Source: an uncultured Spirochaetales bacterium (GTDB lineage Bacteria > Spirochaetota > Spirochaetia > CAYLLE01). From it: DNA of 64,000 bases. The position numbers and the translations under genes are program-made. The notes beneath the pieces are model-generated. The model was not told the origin of the DNA. It made no database searches and worked only from the letters and a program-made list of their open reading frames with translations. Location of the stretch: contig CAYLLE010000004.1 in NCBI GenBank assembly GCA_964384485.1, positions 7,379 to 71,378 on the forward strand, given 5' to 3'. This document shows positions 55,081-64,000 of the stretch, piece after piece (positions within the stretch are counted from its first letter, which is position 1; each line of letters begins with the position of its first letter).

Positions 55081-57909
55081 ATGAAGAAAATCATTATAAA
55101 GGGCGCCAGGGAGCATAATCTAAAAAATATCGACATTGAATTGCCCAGAGATGAGTTAATCGTCATTTCCGGATTGAGCGGTTCAGGAAAATCATCCCTG
55201 GCATTCGATACCATTTTCGCGGAAGGGCAGCGCCGGTATGTGGAATCCCTTTCCGCTTACGCGCGCCAGTTCCTGGGGCGTATGGATAAACCGGATCTAG
55301 ATTACATTGAAGGCCTTTCGCCGGCCATCTCAATAGAACAGAAAACTACCCATCGGAATCCCCGGTCCACCGTGGGAACTGTTACCGAAATTTATGATTA
55401 TTACCGACTACTCTACGCACGAATCGGTATTCCCCATTGCCCCTCATGCGGTCAGGTAATCCAGGAACAAGCCTTGGATCAGATTATCGACCGGCTTTTA
55501 GATTATCCGGAAGGAACACGCATGACCATCCTGTCACCGGTAGTGCAGGGGAAAAAAGGGGAACATCAAAAAATCCTGGAAGACGCTAAACGAAGCGGTT
55601 TTGTCCGTGCCAGAGTTGACGGAACGGTACAGCTCATAGAAGAGATCGGGATTATGGACAAGAAAAAGAAGCATGATATAGAGATTATAGTCGATAGGTT
55701 GAAAATGGCCGGAGGACAGCGGGACAGAATCGCGGAAGCGGTGGAAACCGCAACCGAAGTAGCTGATGGAAGGCTTATTGTCAGTGCCGGCATGGACGGG
55801 CATGATGAGGAGCAGCTTTTTTCGCTGAAGAGCGCCTGTCCCCAGTGCGGATTCAGTCTCCCGGAAATGCAGCCCCGTCTGTTTTCGTTTAATAACCCCT
55901 ACGGTGCCTGTCCGGAATGTTCCGGATTGGGAATGACCCTGGAATTCGATCCTGACCTCGTTATTCCCGATCCCAGGCTTTCCTTTAATAAGGGAGGTAT
56001 AAAACCGTATAACCCCAAAGCGGCCTGGTACCGAAGCATTTTCGAATCCTTAGCCCGGCACTACCGGTTCAGTCTGGACACACCTCTCAAAGATCTGTCC
56101 GACGAAACAATTAATGCGCTTCTGTACGGAACCTCCGAGGATATTGACATAACGTATGTAAACCGGAAAAAGACAGGAAAGTTTGAGTACCAGACCAGGT
56201 TCAGAGGTGTCCTGAATGACCTTAAACGGAGATACCTGGAATCAACCTCGGAAGGGGTTAAAACCTGGCTGGAAGGGTTTATGGGCCAAAGAGACTGCCG
56301 AAAATGCGGGGGGAAACGTCTCCGGGACGAAAGTCTTTCGGTTACCGTAAAGGATAAAAATATCCACGAGCTAACTATGCTTTCTGTTGATGATTCCCTG
56401 AAATTCTTCAATTCACTTACTCTGAGTGAAACCGAAACACATATCGCCCGGCAGATAGTAAAGGAGATCACCTCGCGGCTCACCTTCATGAAAAGCGTGG
56501 GTCTCGAATACCTGACCCTGGAGCGGAAAGCAGGGACTCTCTCAGGCGGAGAAGCCCAGCGTATCCGGCTGGCTACCCAAATTGGTTCTTCCCTTGTGGG
56601 AGTTCTCTATATTCTGGACGAGCCCACAATCGGTCTTCATCAGCGGGATAACGACCGTCTGATAGAAACTTTGGAACATCTCCGGGACCTCGGAAACACC
56701 CTGATCATTGTGGAACATGACGAACAGACTCTCCGGCGCGCGGATTATATCGTCGATTTAGGTCCCGGCGCGGGTGTACACGGGGGCAGTGTTGTAGCCC
56801 ATGGTAAGCTGGAAGATATATTGGAGAATAAAAACAGTCTAACCGGACAGTACCTCAGGGGAGATCTGAAGATAGAACATCGGGAGAAAAGAAGGGAAGG
56901 AAACGGCAGCTTCCTGACTATCACCGGTGCCCGGGAACACAATCTGAAAAACATCGATGCCACATTTCCCCTGGGAGTTCTGACGGTGATTACCGGAGTT
57001 TCGGGATCCGGAAAATCAACCCTTCTGAGTGATTTACTCTATCCCTCTCTGGCGAATGAACTCACCAGGGGACACAAACAAACCGGGACCTACGATTCCA
57101 TTTCCGGCATCGAAAATTTAGACAAGGTCATTAATATTGATCAGTCTCCCATCGGCCGCACCCCCCGGTCTAATCCTGCTACGTATGTGGGGCTGTTTAC
57201 CCCGATACGGGATCTTTTCTCAAACCTTCCCGAATCCAGGAGCAGAGGATACAAACCCGGCCGGTTTTCCTTCAATGTTAAAGGGGGAAGGTGTGAGAAC
57301 TGCAGGGGAGAAGGTACAATAAAGATCGAAATGCACTTCCTTCCGGATGTCTACATCACCTGTGATGTCTGTAAAGGACGGCGGTTCAATAAGGAAACCC
57401 TGGAGATCCGGTACAAAGGAAAAAACATCCATGATGTACTGGAGATGACAGTGGAGGAAGGGTGCGATTTCTTTTCGAATATTCCGGCGGCATCGAAGAA
57501 ACTGGAAACCCTTCGTGCCGTGGGTCTGGATTATATTAAACTTGGGCAATCCGCGCTAACATTATCCGGAGGCGAGGCCCAGCGGGTGAAACTTTCGCTG
57601 GAATTATCCAAGCGGAGCACGGGAAAAACATTTTACATCCTCGATGAGCCGACCACCGGTCTTCATTTCGCGGACGTAAAAAAGCTGATGGAAGTACTCC
57701 AGCTAATCGTGGAGAACGGCAATACTGTGGTATTAATAGAACATAACCTTGATGTGATTGCCCAGGCAGACTACATCATAGATTTAGGACCTGAAGGGGG
57801 AGATAAAGGTGGTCAAGTGGTTGCGAAAGGTACTCCGGAACAGATCATGAAGGCAAAATCTTCCTATACCGGTCATTACCTTAAAGAATTTTTCAAAACA
57901 CAGAGGTAA
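55081..57909 (+). CDS. uvrA: excinuclease ABC subunit A
   Basis: There are two ABC modules ([14 protein letters not shown]; [10 protein letters not shown]), zinc modules (CPSCG..; CPQCG..CPECSG; CENC..CDVCKG) and LSGGEAQR twice. Confidence 0.95.
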   Translation: MKKIIIKGAREHNLKNIDIELPRDELIVISGLSGSGKSSLAFDTIFAEGQRRYVESLSAYARQFLGRMDKPDLDYIEGLSPAISIEQKTTHRNPRSTVGTVTEIYDYYRLLYARIGIPHCPSCGQVIQEQALDQIIDRLLDYPEGTRMTILSPVVQGKKGEHQKILEDAKRSGFVRARVDGTVQLIEEIGIMDKKKKHDIEIIVDRLKMAGGQRDRIAEAVETATEVADGRLIVSAGMDGHDEEQLFSLKSACPQCGFSLPEMQPRLFSFNNPYGACPECSGLGMTLEFDPDLVIPDPRLSFNKGGIKPYNPKAAWYRSIFESLARHYRFSLDTPLKDLSDETINALLYGTSEDIDITYVNRKKTGKFEYQTRFRGVLNDLKRRYLESTSEGVKTWLEGFMGQRDCRKCGGKRLRDESLSVTVKDKNIHELTMLSVDDSLKFFNSLTLSETETHIARQIVKEITSRLTFMKSVGLEYLTLERKAGTLSGGEAQRIRLATQIGSSLVGVLYILDEPTIGLHQRDNDRLIETLEHLRDLGNTLIIVEHDEQTLRRADYIVDLGPGAGVHGGSVVAHGKLEDILENKNSLTGQYLRGDLKIEHREKRREGNGSFLTITGAREHNLKNIDATFPLGVLTVITGVSGSGKSTLLSDLLYPSLANELTRGHKQTGTYDSISGIENLDKVINIDQSPIGRTPRSNPATYVGLFTPIRDLFSNLPESRSRGYKPGRFSFNVKGGRCENCRGEGTIKIEMHFLPDVYITCDVCKGRRFNKETLEIRYKGKNIHDVLEMTVEEGCDFFSNIPAASKKLETLRAVGLDYIKLGQSALTLSGGEAQRVKLSLELSKRSTGKTFYILDEPTTGLHFADVKKLMEVLQLIVENGNTVVLIEHNLDVIAQADYIIDLGPEGGDKGGQVVAKGTPEQIMKAKSSYTGHYLKEFFKTQR

Positions 57910-57910
57910 C

Positions 57911-60900
57911 ATGACTGGCCGGCGCGGATTCTTATTATCTCTGTTCTTATTTTTCGGCACATCCGTATTAACCTATGCTCAGGAGCAGGCTGAACCCGCT
58001 GAACCCGCTATAGATGTGGAGCAGGAAGCTGCCGTTCCCGAAGAATCTGAGGAGAATGGAACGGACTTGGAAGATAATGCCGAAGAACTGGAGCGGAATA
58101 CAATCATCCTTGACATAAATACAGCGCGGTACGATGAATTGGTAGAGTGGGCTGAAACGCTCGAACTTTCAAGCTTGGGCAGTAAGGGAGAAATCAAAAA
58201 GCGGCTCTACAATTATTACGGAATTCCTAACGAGGAAAGGGAACCGGAAGCAGCTCCGCCTTCAAAGCGTAAAAGAACAATCACCATCGAGTCCGCCCGG
58301 CGTACAGAATACATTAGCCGAGAAGAAGGTGACGCCATTGTCCGTCTTCTCGGAGATATAAACCTGACAATAAACGATCCTGCAGAGAATGTTACCCATA
58401 CCATACAGGCCGATGAACTAATCTTCAATCAGGAACGCAAAACGGTGACAGCCGTTGGTTCGGTCTATTACGTTCTGGACCGGGGAGACTCTTCGGAAAT
58501 ATTCTCGGGGGAGAGTCTTACCTTCCATATTGATTCATGGGAAGGGGTTTTTTTAGGCGGTACAAGTACCCGGGAACGAACCATCGAAGGAGACCCCCTG
58601 ACCTTCAAATTTTCGGGTATGACAATTTCCCGGTCAGAGCAGGATGTTATCGTGGTAGAGGAGGGGACAATCACCTCCTCGGAAGCTGATCCGCCGAATT
58701 ACCGGATAAAAGCCGATAAAATTTGGATTATCGGACCCGGCGAGTGGGGGCTCAGAAATGCGCTTCTCTACGTGGGAAGGGTTCCTGTTTTGTATTTCCC
58801 GTTCTTCTTTAAACCCGGAGATAAACTTTTTTTTAATCCCGCTGTAGGAAGCAGAACCAGGGAAGGCAACTTTATTCAGACCACAACTTATTTGATAGGT
58901 GAAAAAAAGGAAGAAACCAGTCCATTCTCATTTCTGCAGGCCACAGAGACGGACACCGAGGTGGAAAAGGAGATACAGGGACTGTTTCTTACGGATACGG
59001 ATATTCCAAAGGCTAAGACTGGAAATACCGGTTATATCAAAATTATGGCCGATTATTACACCCGTCTCGGTTTCTTTTCCGGCATTCAGGGATCTTTTCC
59101 CAAATTAGGAAATTTTCAAAATCTGAATTTCCTCGGGAGCATCGGGTTCAGCAGAAATATCTACGTTCAGGGCAGCTCTTTTTCACCGTTTTGGGAAGAT
59201 GAAGTAGGTCTGCTCCATTCATACTGGGCAAAATCAAATCTTTTCGGTATATCCCTCCCGTTCAGGTTCGGTATCGATACGTCGGTAAAACTTACAGCGA
59301 AAACATTTACCGCTTTAGGCGAGTTCGAACTGCTGTCCGATCCGTTTTTTTATCGTGATTATCTGAACAGAAGTGAAGAGATGGATTGGGCGAAGATCCT
59401 GGGAGTGGATACCGGGGAAGGGACCTCTCGGGGAATAACAAGAAGGTTCCTCTGGAGACTGGAAGGAAACTATAATCCAAAACTTCAGAACCTGAATCCT
59501 TATATCACCTCCTTTACATTAAAGAAATTCAGCACCTCCCTATCCTGGTATTCAAGGCAGATCCCGGATTCACTTCTTCCTTCATATATTGCCGATGCAT
59601 CGGACCATCCGGGAGAACGCTTTTTTTATCCCGATCTGATAGTTTTCCCGAGCCTTGAACTCGGAGTTACCGGAACCCTTCTGCGGCTTCCGCGGAAGCT
59701 CCCGATTCTGAACCTTCGGTCCCGGGGTAAAAAAGATACCGAAAATGAGCTTATTTTACCGTGGGAAAGTCCGGAAGAGAAACGGAAACTCGGCTCCGAT
59801 GAAGAAGAAAAAGAACCTGAGTTCATTCTGCCGGGATTAAGACCGGCACCCGGAACATCACTCCTGCCTGTCTCGCCTTCATTCTCGCTCTCCTATAACC
59901 TCTATCCGTCCTTGACTCTGGAGAGCAGGACTTTTTCTTCAAAATGGCAGGAGCCCGATGATGTGGATTTCGAAACAGAATACAGCCTATTCAATACCAG
60001 AAACAACGGATCGCTCCGATATACCTACAACCGCCCGCTTTTTTCTCTAACCGGATCGTTTCAAGCCGCGGGTCAATACCGTACGGTCCTCTACGCCTCT
60101 CCCGATATGGAGGAAAACAGTCTGAATTCACTCCGGAACCGCACTTACTCCTATTCCAACTTCAGATTCCTCCATGGCCTGAATCTCAGCCTTAAGCCGC
60201 TGTACGCTTTTGAAAACCTCCGGAATTCGGCGTTATCCTATCAGCTTACCACCATCCTTTACGAGCGGACTTTCGACTCGGTTACAGCAGAAATGTCTCC
60301 GGTATACGGAAATAATTTTATCGCCTGGAATAAAGAGATGATAACTAATCATGCCGTATCCGCCGATTTGAAACTTGATATTCGGGATAATCAGCAGTCG
60401 TTCAAGATTACGGCCAAACTGCCTCCTTTAGATCCCTCCTTTTCCGGTGTGCTGAGCGGAAGAACTCCGTTTTTAACGGGAACACTTTCGAGCGGGTTTT
60501 CAAAACCTGAAGACGAATGGCTGCCCGATCCGCTTTCCGGCTCTCTTGTCTTAAAGCCGGGAGAAAATTTCACTTTAACCGAAAATATCTTGTATAACAT
60601 TAATAAAAATCAGATGGAGAACAGCACCACATCACTTTCCCTCTATTTTACCCGGTTCAATTTTACCATGAAGAATATCCGGGGTTTTTCATTTGATCAG
60701 AACCAGCCGGGATGGGTACAAGATGCTGAAGAACGGTTCCAGCCGGTTTCAAGCTCATTTCTCCTGAATTATTCTCCTGAAATAAAGCCGGTCTGGAAAA
60801 ACCGTATTAAGCTGGACGGATCGGTAAAAACTGAAATCAAAGCTAATTTTCTGAAATTCACCGAGAGTTCTCTAACTTTCGGACTTACCTTCAGCATCTC

Positions 60901-61282
60901 GATTCATAAGTTCCTTGATTTATCACTCTACACCCAATCCGCAAACCAATCGGTATACCGGTATATACCGGCTCTATCCGAAAAAGTGGGACTTCCATGG
61001 AAAAATCCTCTCGTAGATCTGCTGAAATCATTCAATTATTTTGATAATACCCACAGATATGAATCGTCTTTCAATATTCAGAAAATCGGAGTCAAAGTTG
61101 TCCATTATTTGGGCGACTGGAACCTTACCATTAATTATTCCGGTCAGCCGAAACTGCAGAACCTTTCTGACGGACGAAGGGGATATAAATGGGTGCGCTT
61201 TTTCTCGCTCCTGGTTCAGTGGAAACCGATCCCCGAAATCAAACGGGATTTAAAGATACAGGAAGGAGAAATAAATTTTTAG
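57911..61282 (+). CDS. large outer-membrane protein, LptD/OstA-like
   Basis: A signal peptide and an acidic linker are followed by an OstA_N-like beta-jellyroll segment (ADELIFNQERKTVTAVGSVYYV..GESLTFHIDS). The rest is a ~800-aa aromatic/Gly-rich presumptive barrel. The start lies 1 nt after the uvrA stop. Confidence 0.5.
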   Translation: MTGRRGFLLSLFLFFGTSVLTYAQEQAEPAEPAIDVEQEAAVPEESEENGTDLEDNAEELERNTIILDINTARYDELVEWAETLELSSLGSKGEIKKRLYNYYGIPNEEREPEAAPPSKRKRTITIESARRTEYISREEGDAIVRLLGDINLTINDPAENVTHTIQADELIFNQERKTVTAVGSVYYVLDRGDSSEIFSGESLTFHIDSWEGVFLGGTSTRERTIEGDPLTFKFSGMTISRSEQDVIVVEEGTITSSEADPPNYRIKADKIWIIGPGEWGLRNALLYVGRVPVLYFPFFFKPGDKLFFNPAVGSRTREGNFIQTTTYLIGEKKEETSPFSFLQATETDTEVEKEIQGLFLTDTDIPKAKTGNTGYIKIMADYYTRLGFFSGIQGSFPKLGNFQNLNFLGSIGFSRNIYVQGSSFSPFWEDEVGLLHSYWAKSNLFGISLPFRFGIDTSVKLTAKTFTALGEFELLSDPFFYRDYLNRSEEMDWAKILGVDTGEGTSRGITRRFLWRLEGNYNPKLQNLNPYITSFTLKKFSTSLSWYSRQIPDSLLPSYIADASDHPGERFFYPDLIVFPSLELGVTGTLLRLPRKLPILNLRSRGKKDTENELILPWESPEEKRKLGSDEEEKEPEFILPGLRPAPGTSLLPVSPSFSLSYNLYPSLTLESRTFSSKWQEPDDVDFETEYSLFNTRNNGSLRYTYNRPLFSLTGSFQAAGQYRTVLYASPDMEENSLNSLRNRTYSYSNFRFLHGLNLSLKPLYAFENLRNSALSYQLTTILYERTFDSVTAEMSPVYGNNFIAWNKEMITNHAVSADLKLDIRDNQQSFKITAKLPPLDPSFSGVLSGRTPFLTGTLSSGFSKPEDEWLPDPLSGSLVLKPGENFTLTENILYNINKNQMENSTTSLSLYFTRFNFTMKNIRGFSFDQNQPGWVQDAEERFQPVSSSFLLNYSPEIKPVWKNRIKLDGSVKTEIKANFLKFTESSLTFGLTFSISIHKFLDLSLYTQSANQSVYRYIPALSEKVGLPWKNPLVDLLKSFNYFDNTHRYESSFNIQKIGVKVVHYLGDWNLTINYSGQPKLQNLSDGRRGYKWVRFFSLLVQWKPIPEIKRDLKIQEGEINF

Positions 61283-61446
61283 AACTGATTGACTTTCGCC
61301 GCATATTTTTATTACTGTTTATGGTACTTCAAAAATCTTGATACAAGGAAAAGGTAGCAGATATTTCGACAATAGTACTGGAAAACAATAAACTCTTATC
61401 AGAAATATGCGGTGTCAACGATATTAATCTTAAATCCATTGAATCA

Positions 61447-62310
61447 TTGGCAGGCGCGGAAATAAATTCCCGGGGTAATGAACTTTTTATCGAGGGAGAA
61501 AATCCTGAGAGCATAGATCTGATTACTTCGATTATTGACGAGCTTAAAAATATAGCAAAACAGGGAAAATCACCAAATCCTGAAATAATCAAAGAGATTT
61601 ACCACTCGATTACAAAAGAAGACGGTAAAAATCTTTCTCTATTCCGGGATACATATATCTCGATCCCAAACGGCTTTTCCCGGGTATATCCCCGGAGCAT
61701 TCAGCAGGCTAAATATATGGAGGGAATGCGGGAATACGAGATGTCATTCTGCACCGGTCCCGCCGGAACAGGAAAAACATTTATCGCCGTGGCTCACGCA
61801 CTCGAAGAAGTTCTCTCCCGAAAACGGCGTAAACTCGTCCTGACCCGCCCGGTAGTGGAGGCGGGAGAAAATCTGGGATTCCTTCCAGGCGATCTCGCCC
61901 AGAAGATCAATCCTTACCTGCGGCCGCTTTACGATGCCATGGAATCCTTAATTCCCAATGAGATTATAAACCGGATGGAGGACAGCCGGTACATAGAAAT
62001 CGCTCCTCTTGCCTATATGCGGGGCAGAAGTTTGAAAGACTGTTTTATCATTCTAGATGAAGCACAAAATACAACCAGAGAACAGATGAAAATGTTTTTG
62101 ACCAGACTTGGGGAGGGCTCTAAGGCGGTAATTACCGGAGACGTGACCCAGATTGATCTTCCGTCTAAAAAGGGGTCGGGTCTGCTCCATGCAGTTTCCA
62201 TTTTGGGAAAGATTGAGAATATTTTTATTAACCGTTTTTCGGCGCGGGATGTTGTACGGAACCCGCTGGTAAAAAAAATCATTAATGCCTATGAATCAGA
62301 AAACAAGTAA
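61447..62310 (+). CDS. phoH: PhoH-family ATPase
   Basis: Walker A GPAGTGKTFIAVA, RPVVEAGENLGFLPGD and ILDEAQNTT are present. The frame is open and PhoH-like back to 61342, so the real start is probably upstream of the track's TTG 61447 (see findings). Confidence 0.88.
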   Translation: MAGAEINSRGNELFIEGENPESIDLITSIIDELKNIAKQGKSPNPEIIKEIYHSITKEDGKNLSLFRDTYISIPNGFSRVYPRSIQQAKYMEGMREYEMSFCTGPAGTGKTFIAVAHALEEVLSRKRRKLVLTRPVVEAGENLGFLPGDLAQKINPYLRPLYDAMESLIPNEIINRMEDSRYIEIAPLAYMRGRSLKDCFIILDEAQNTTREQMKMFLTRLGEGSKAVITGDVTQIDLPSKKGSGLLHAVSILGKIENIFINRFSARDVVRNPLVKKIINAYESENK

Positions 62311-64000
62311 TTTCGGAATTCTGTTTCGAAAGCTTCTCCCCGCCTATAAAAGCAAACGGTCCCGAACTCTATTTATTGCAGTTATTGCCGGGAGTTATCT
62401 ATTGATCTTTACCGCAATTCTCTTAACCGGTAAGTTTGTCTTCTTTTACTCTCAAAAGGACGTTGATCAATTCGAAGCAGGGAAACCTGCCCCTCGCAGC
62501 ATCACTGTTGATCATAACCTGCAGTATACCGATGAACGGGCCACCGAGACCAGGCGGGAAGCCGTCGCTCAGCTCGTTCCCCCGGTATATGTACTCCGCG
62601 GAACAATTATCGGGAAAAGTATCGCCTCTTTTTCGGATTTTTCTTCGATACTGACCCAATCATTTTCTGAAAACATGACAGCTGAAAAATCATTTTTAAA
62701 GATACAAACCGCATTACCTGACCTAATTGAACAGAAAGTGTATTACTCACTGTACAATCATTCCGGAATTATCCAGCTTTTACCGTTCTTTCAAATAATC
62801 CTTTCTGATATCCTTAACCGGGGATACATTGAAACGATTAAGCCCCCTTTAGACGGAGATCCGGTGAACCGGATGGAAATCATCCTGAGGAACGAAACCG
62901 AAAGGCAGGGAAAAACGGTTCCATTTTCTGAGATTTTCCACAGCGGAAATGTGGAGGAGTACATCAGTCATCGTATCAGCGAGGCAAATCTTCCGGATAC
63001 AACGGTTATCCCGCTCCGTACAATGTTCGAAACATTCGGCAGGACCAACCTGTTTTATGACGAAGAAGCTACCGAAAAACTGCGGATTTTAGAAAAAGAG
63101 TCTGTCGCTCCGGTTGTACGGAATTTGATACGGGGTGAAACCATCGTAACAAAGGGGATGATCGTCAGAGAAAATGATCTGGAAAAGATACGGGCACTTT
63201 CAGAGTTTTCGGCATCGGTCAACACCAAGATCATTCTCGGCACCGCGTTTTTTCTCGCACTGATCTATCTTTTGGGATTTCTTCTAATACGACCTCCCTT
63301 TACCGAATTCAGACTCGATTTTCAGCATGTATTGATTATCACAGCCGTTTCGGTTTTTTATGTTGTCCTTGCTGCTGTTTTGTACCGGCTGACCGACATT
63401 CCGGAATGGCTTCCCTATTCCCTTGTTTTACCCACCGCCCTTTCGGTAATGTTAATCTCCATACTCATCTCATACAGGACCGGAATCCTGTTAACCCTTC
63501 TGCTCTCATTAACAACCCTCCTGATCACCGATATGAGTATCCATACCTTTCTTTTTGCGGTTCTTTCAAGCGTTTCCGGATCCATTATCATAAAAGATAC
63601 TGAAAAACGGATAGAACTGGTTCGGGTCGGACTTTATCTGGCCGCTGTTAACCTGATTGTTTCGGTTGTCCTCGGTTTTTTCAACGGATACAGTTTCAGA
63701 CAGGCGGCAGAGGCCGGAGTATGGGCTTTCCTTCATGGAATTTTTTCCGGGCTCCTCCTTCTCGGTATCCTTCCCATTATGGAATATATCTTCAACAATG
63801 CCACAAAGTTCAGACTCATGGAGTTATCGGATTTGAACAATCCTGTGCTACGGAGGCTTTTGACCTTCGCTCCCGGTACCTACACTCACGCGGTCAGCGT
63901 TGCCAATTTAGCGGAGAGCGCCTGCAGGAGTATCGGAGCCAATTACCTTCTGGCAAGAGTAGGGGCCTATTATCACGATATCGGGAAACTGGATCAGCCC
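62291..64000 (+). CDS. 7TM-HD (HDIG) membrane phosphohydrolase, PgpH/YqfF-like (3' partial)
   Basis: This ORF is absent from the ORF track because it has no stop in the window. By hand translation, frame 2 is open from ATG 62291 (overlapping the phoH 3' end by 20 nt) to nt 64000. It reads as an N-terminal TM, an extracellular domain, a 7TM block and then ..VGAYYHDIGKLDQP at the window edge. The phoH-pgpH order is conserved. Confidence 0.8.
   Translation, partial: MNQKTSNFGILFRKLLPAYKSKRSRTLFIAVIAGSYLLIFTAILLTGKFVFFYSQKDVDQFEAGKPAPRSITVDHNLQYTDERATETRREAVAQLVPPVYVLRGTIIGKSIASFSDFSSILTQSFSENMTAEKSFLKIQTALPDLIEQKVYYSLYNHSGIIQLLPFFQIILSDILNRGYIETIKPPLDGDPVNRMEIILRNETERQGKTVPFSEIFHSGNVEEYISHRISEANLPDTTVIPLRTMFETFGRTNLFYDEEATEKLRILEKESVAPVVRNLIRGETIVTKGMIVRENDLEKIRALSEFSASVNTKIILGTAFFLALIYLLGFLLIRPPFTEFRLDFQHVLIITAVSVFYVVLAAVLYRLTDIPEWLPYSLVLPTALSVMLISILISYRTGILLTLLLSLTTLLITDMSIHTFLFAVLSSVSGSIIIKDTEKRIELVRVGLYLAAVNLIVSVVLGFFNGYSFRQAAEAGVWAFLHGIFSGLLLLGILPIMEYIFNNATKFRLMELSDLNNPVLRRLLTFAPGTYTHAVSVANLAESACRSIGANYLLARVGAYYHDIGKLDQP

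Noticed and set aside
1-64000. I searched for CRISPR arrays, transposases, integrases, phage genes and toxin-antitoxin or defence islands.
   Set aside because: I saw no regularly spaced direct repeats and no ORF with recombinase, transposase or nuclease-defence signatures. The only repeats are the short REP-like units reported above.

Overview
The window reads as a spirochete chromosome segment of about 47% GC (estimated by eye). The taxon call rests on three things: a FlaA flagellar sheath protein, a cheA / cheW-cheR-like / cheX / cheY operon, and a V-type ATPase operon in the order E, DUF2764-like, A, B, D, I, K. Most of the window is tightly packed housekeeping: ilvBN, ispH, ispG, pdxST, yggS, rluD, murI, rsgA, uvrA, phoH, pgpH, one tRNA, an LptD-like outer-membrane protein, and a surface-glycan locus (SpsF/SpsG-like genes plus an ATP-grasp enzyme) next to flaA. 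I saw no CRISPR array, transposase, integrase or prophage genes.

The most unusual region is 15.0-25.1 kb, with accessory neighbours out to about 30.2 kb. It is an 11-gene co-directional operon built only from discrete enzymes:
- a large GNAT
- FabD
- a Cys-His-His ketosynthase
- FabG
- a complete beta-branching cassette (HMG-synthase homologue, ECH1, ECH2)
- a Y-x6-K enoyl-reductase-like SDR
- a non-housekeeping ACP
- an alpha-oxoamine synthase (serine palmitoyltransferase / BioF-like)
- a FabZ-like dehydratase

A convergent fabF overlaps its 3' end. Beyond that lie a methyltransferase, an epimerase/dehydratase-fold reductase, a CPBP protease and an MGDG-synthase-like glycosyltransferase. No modular PKS or NRPS is present. 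By inference, I propose that this is an undescribed pathway to a beta- or iso-branched amino-lipid (sphingoid- or capnoid-like) or a related signal molecule.

The second notable signal is a dispersed family of ~18-nt REP-like units (consensus CRGYAATTYCCGGTSAWC). They occur as inverted pairs at gene ends, and one copy supplies the stop codon and last six codons of a gene.

All functional calls come from motif recognition by eye on the supplied translations. No database search was run.
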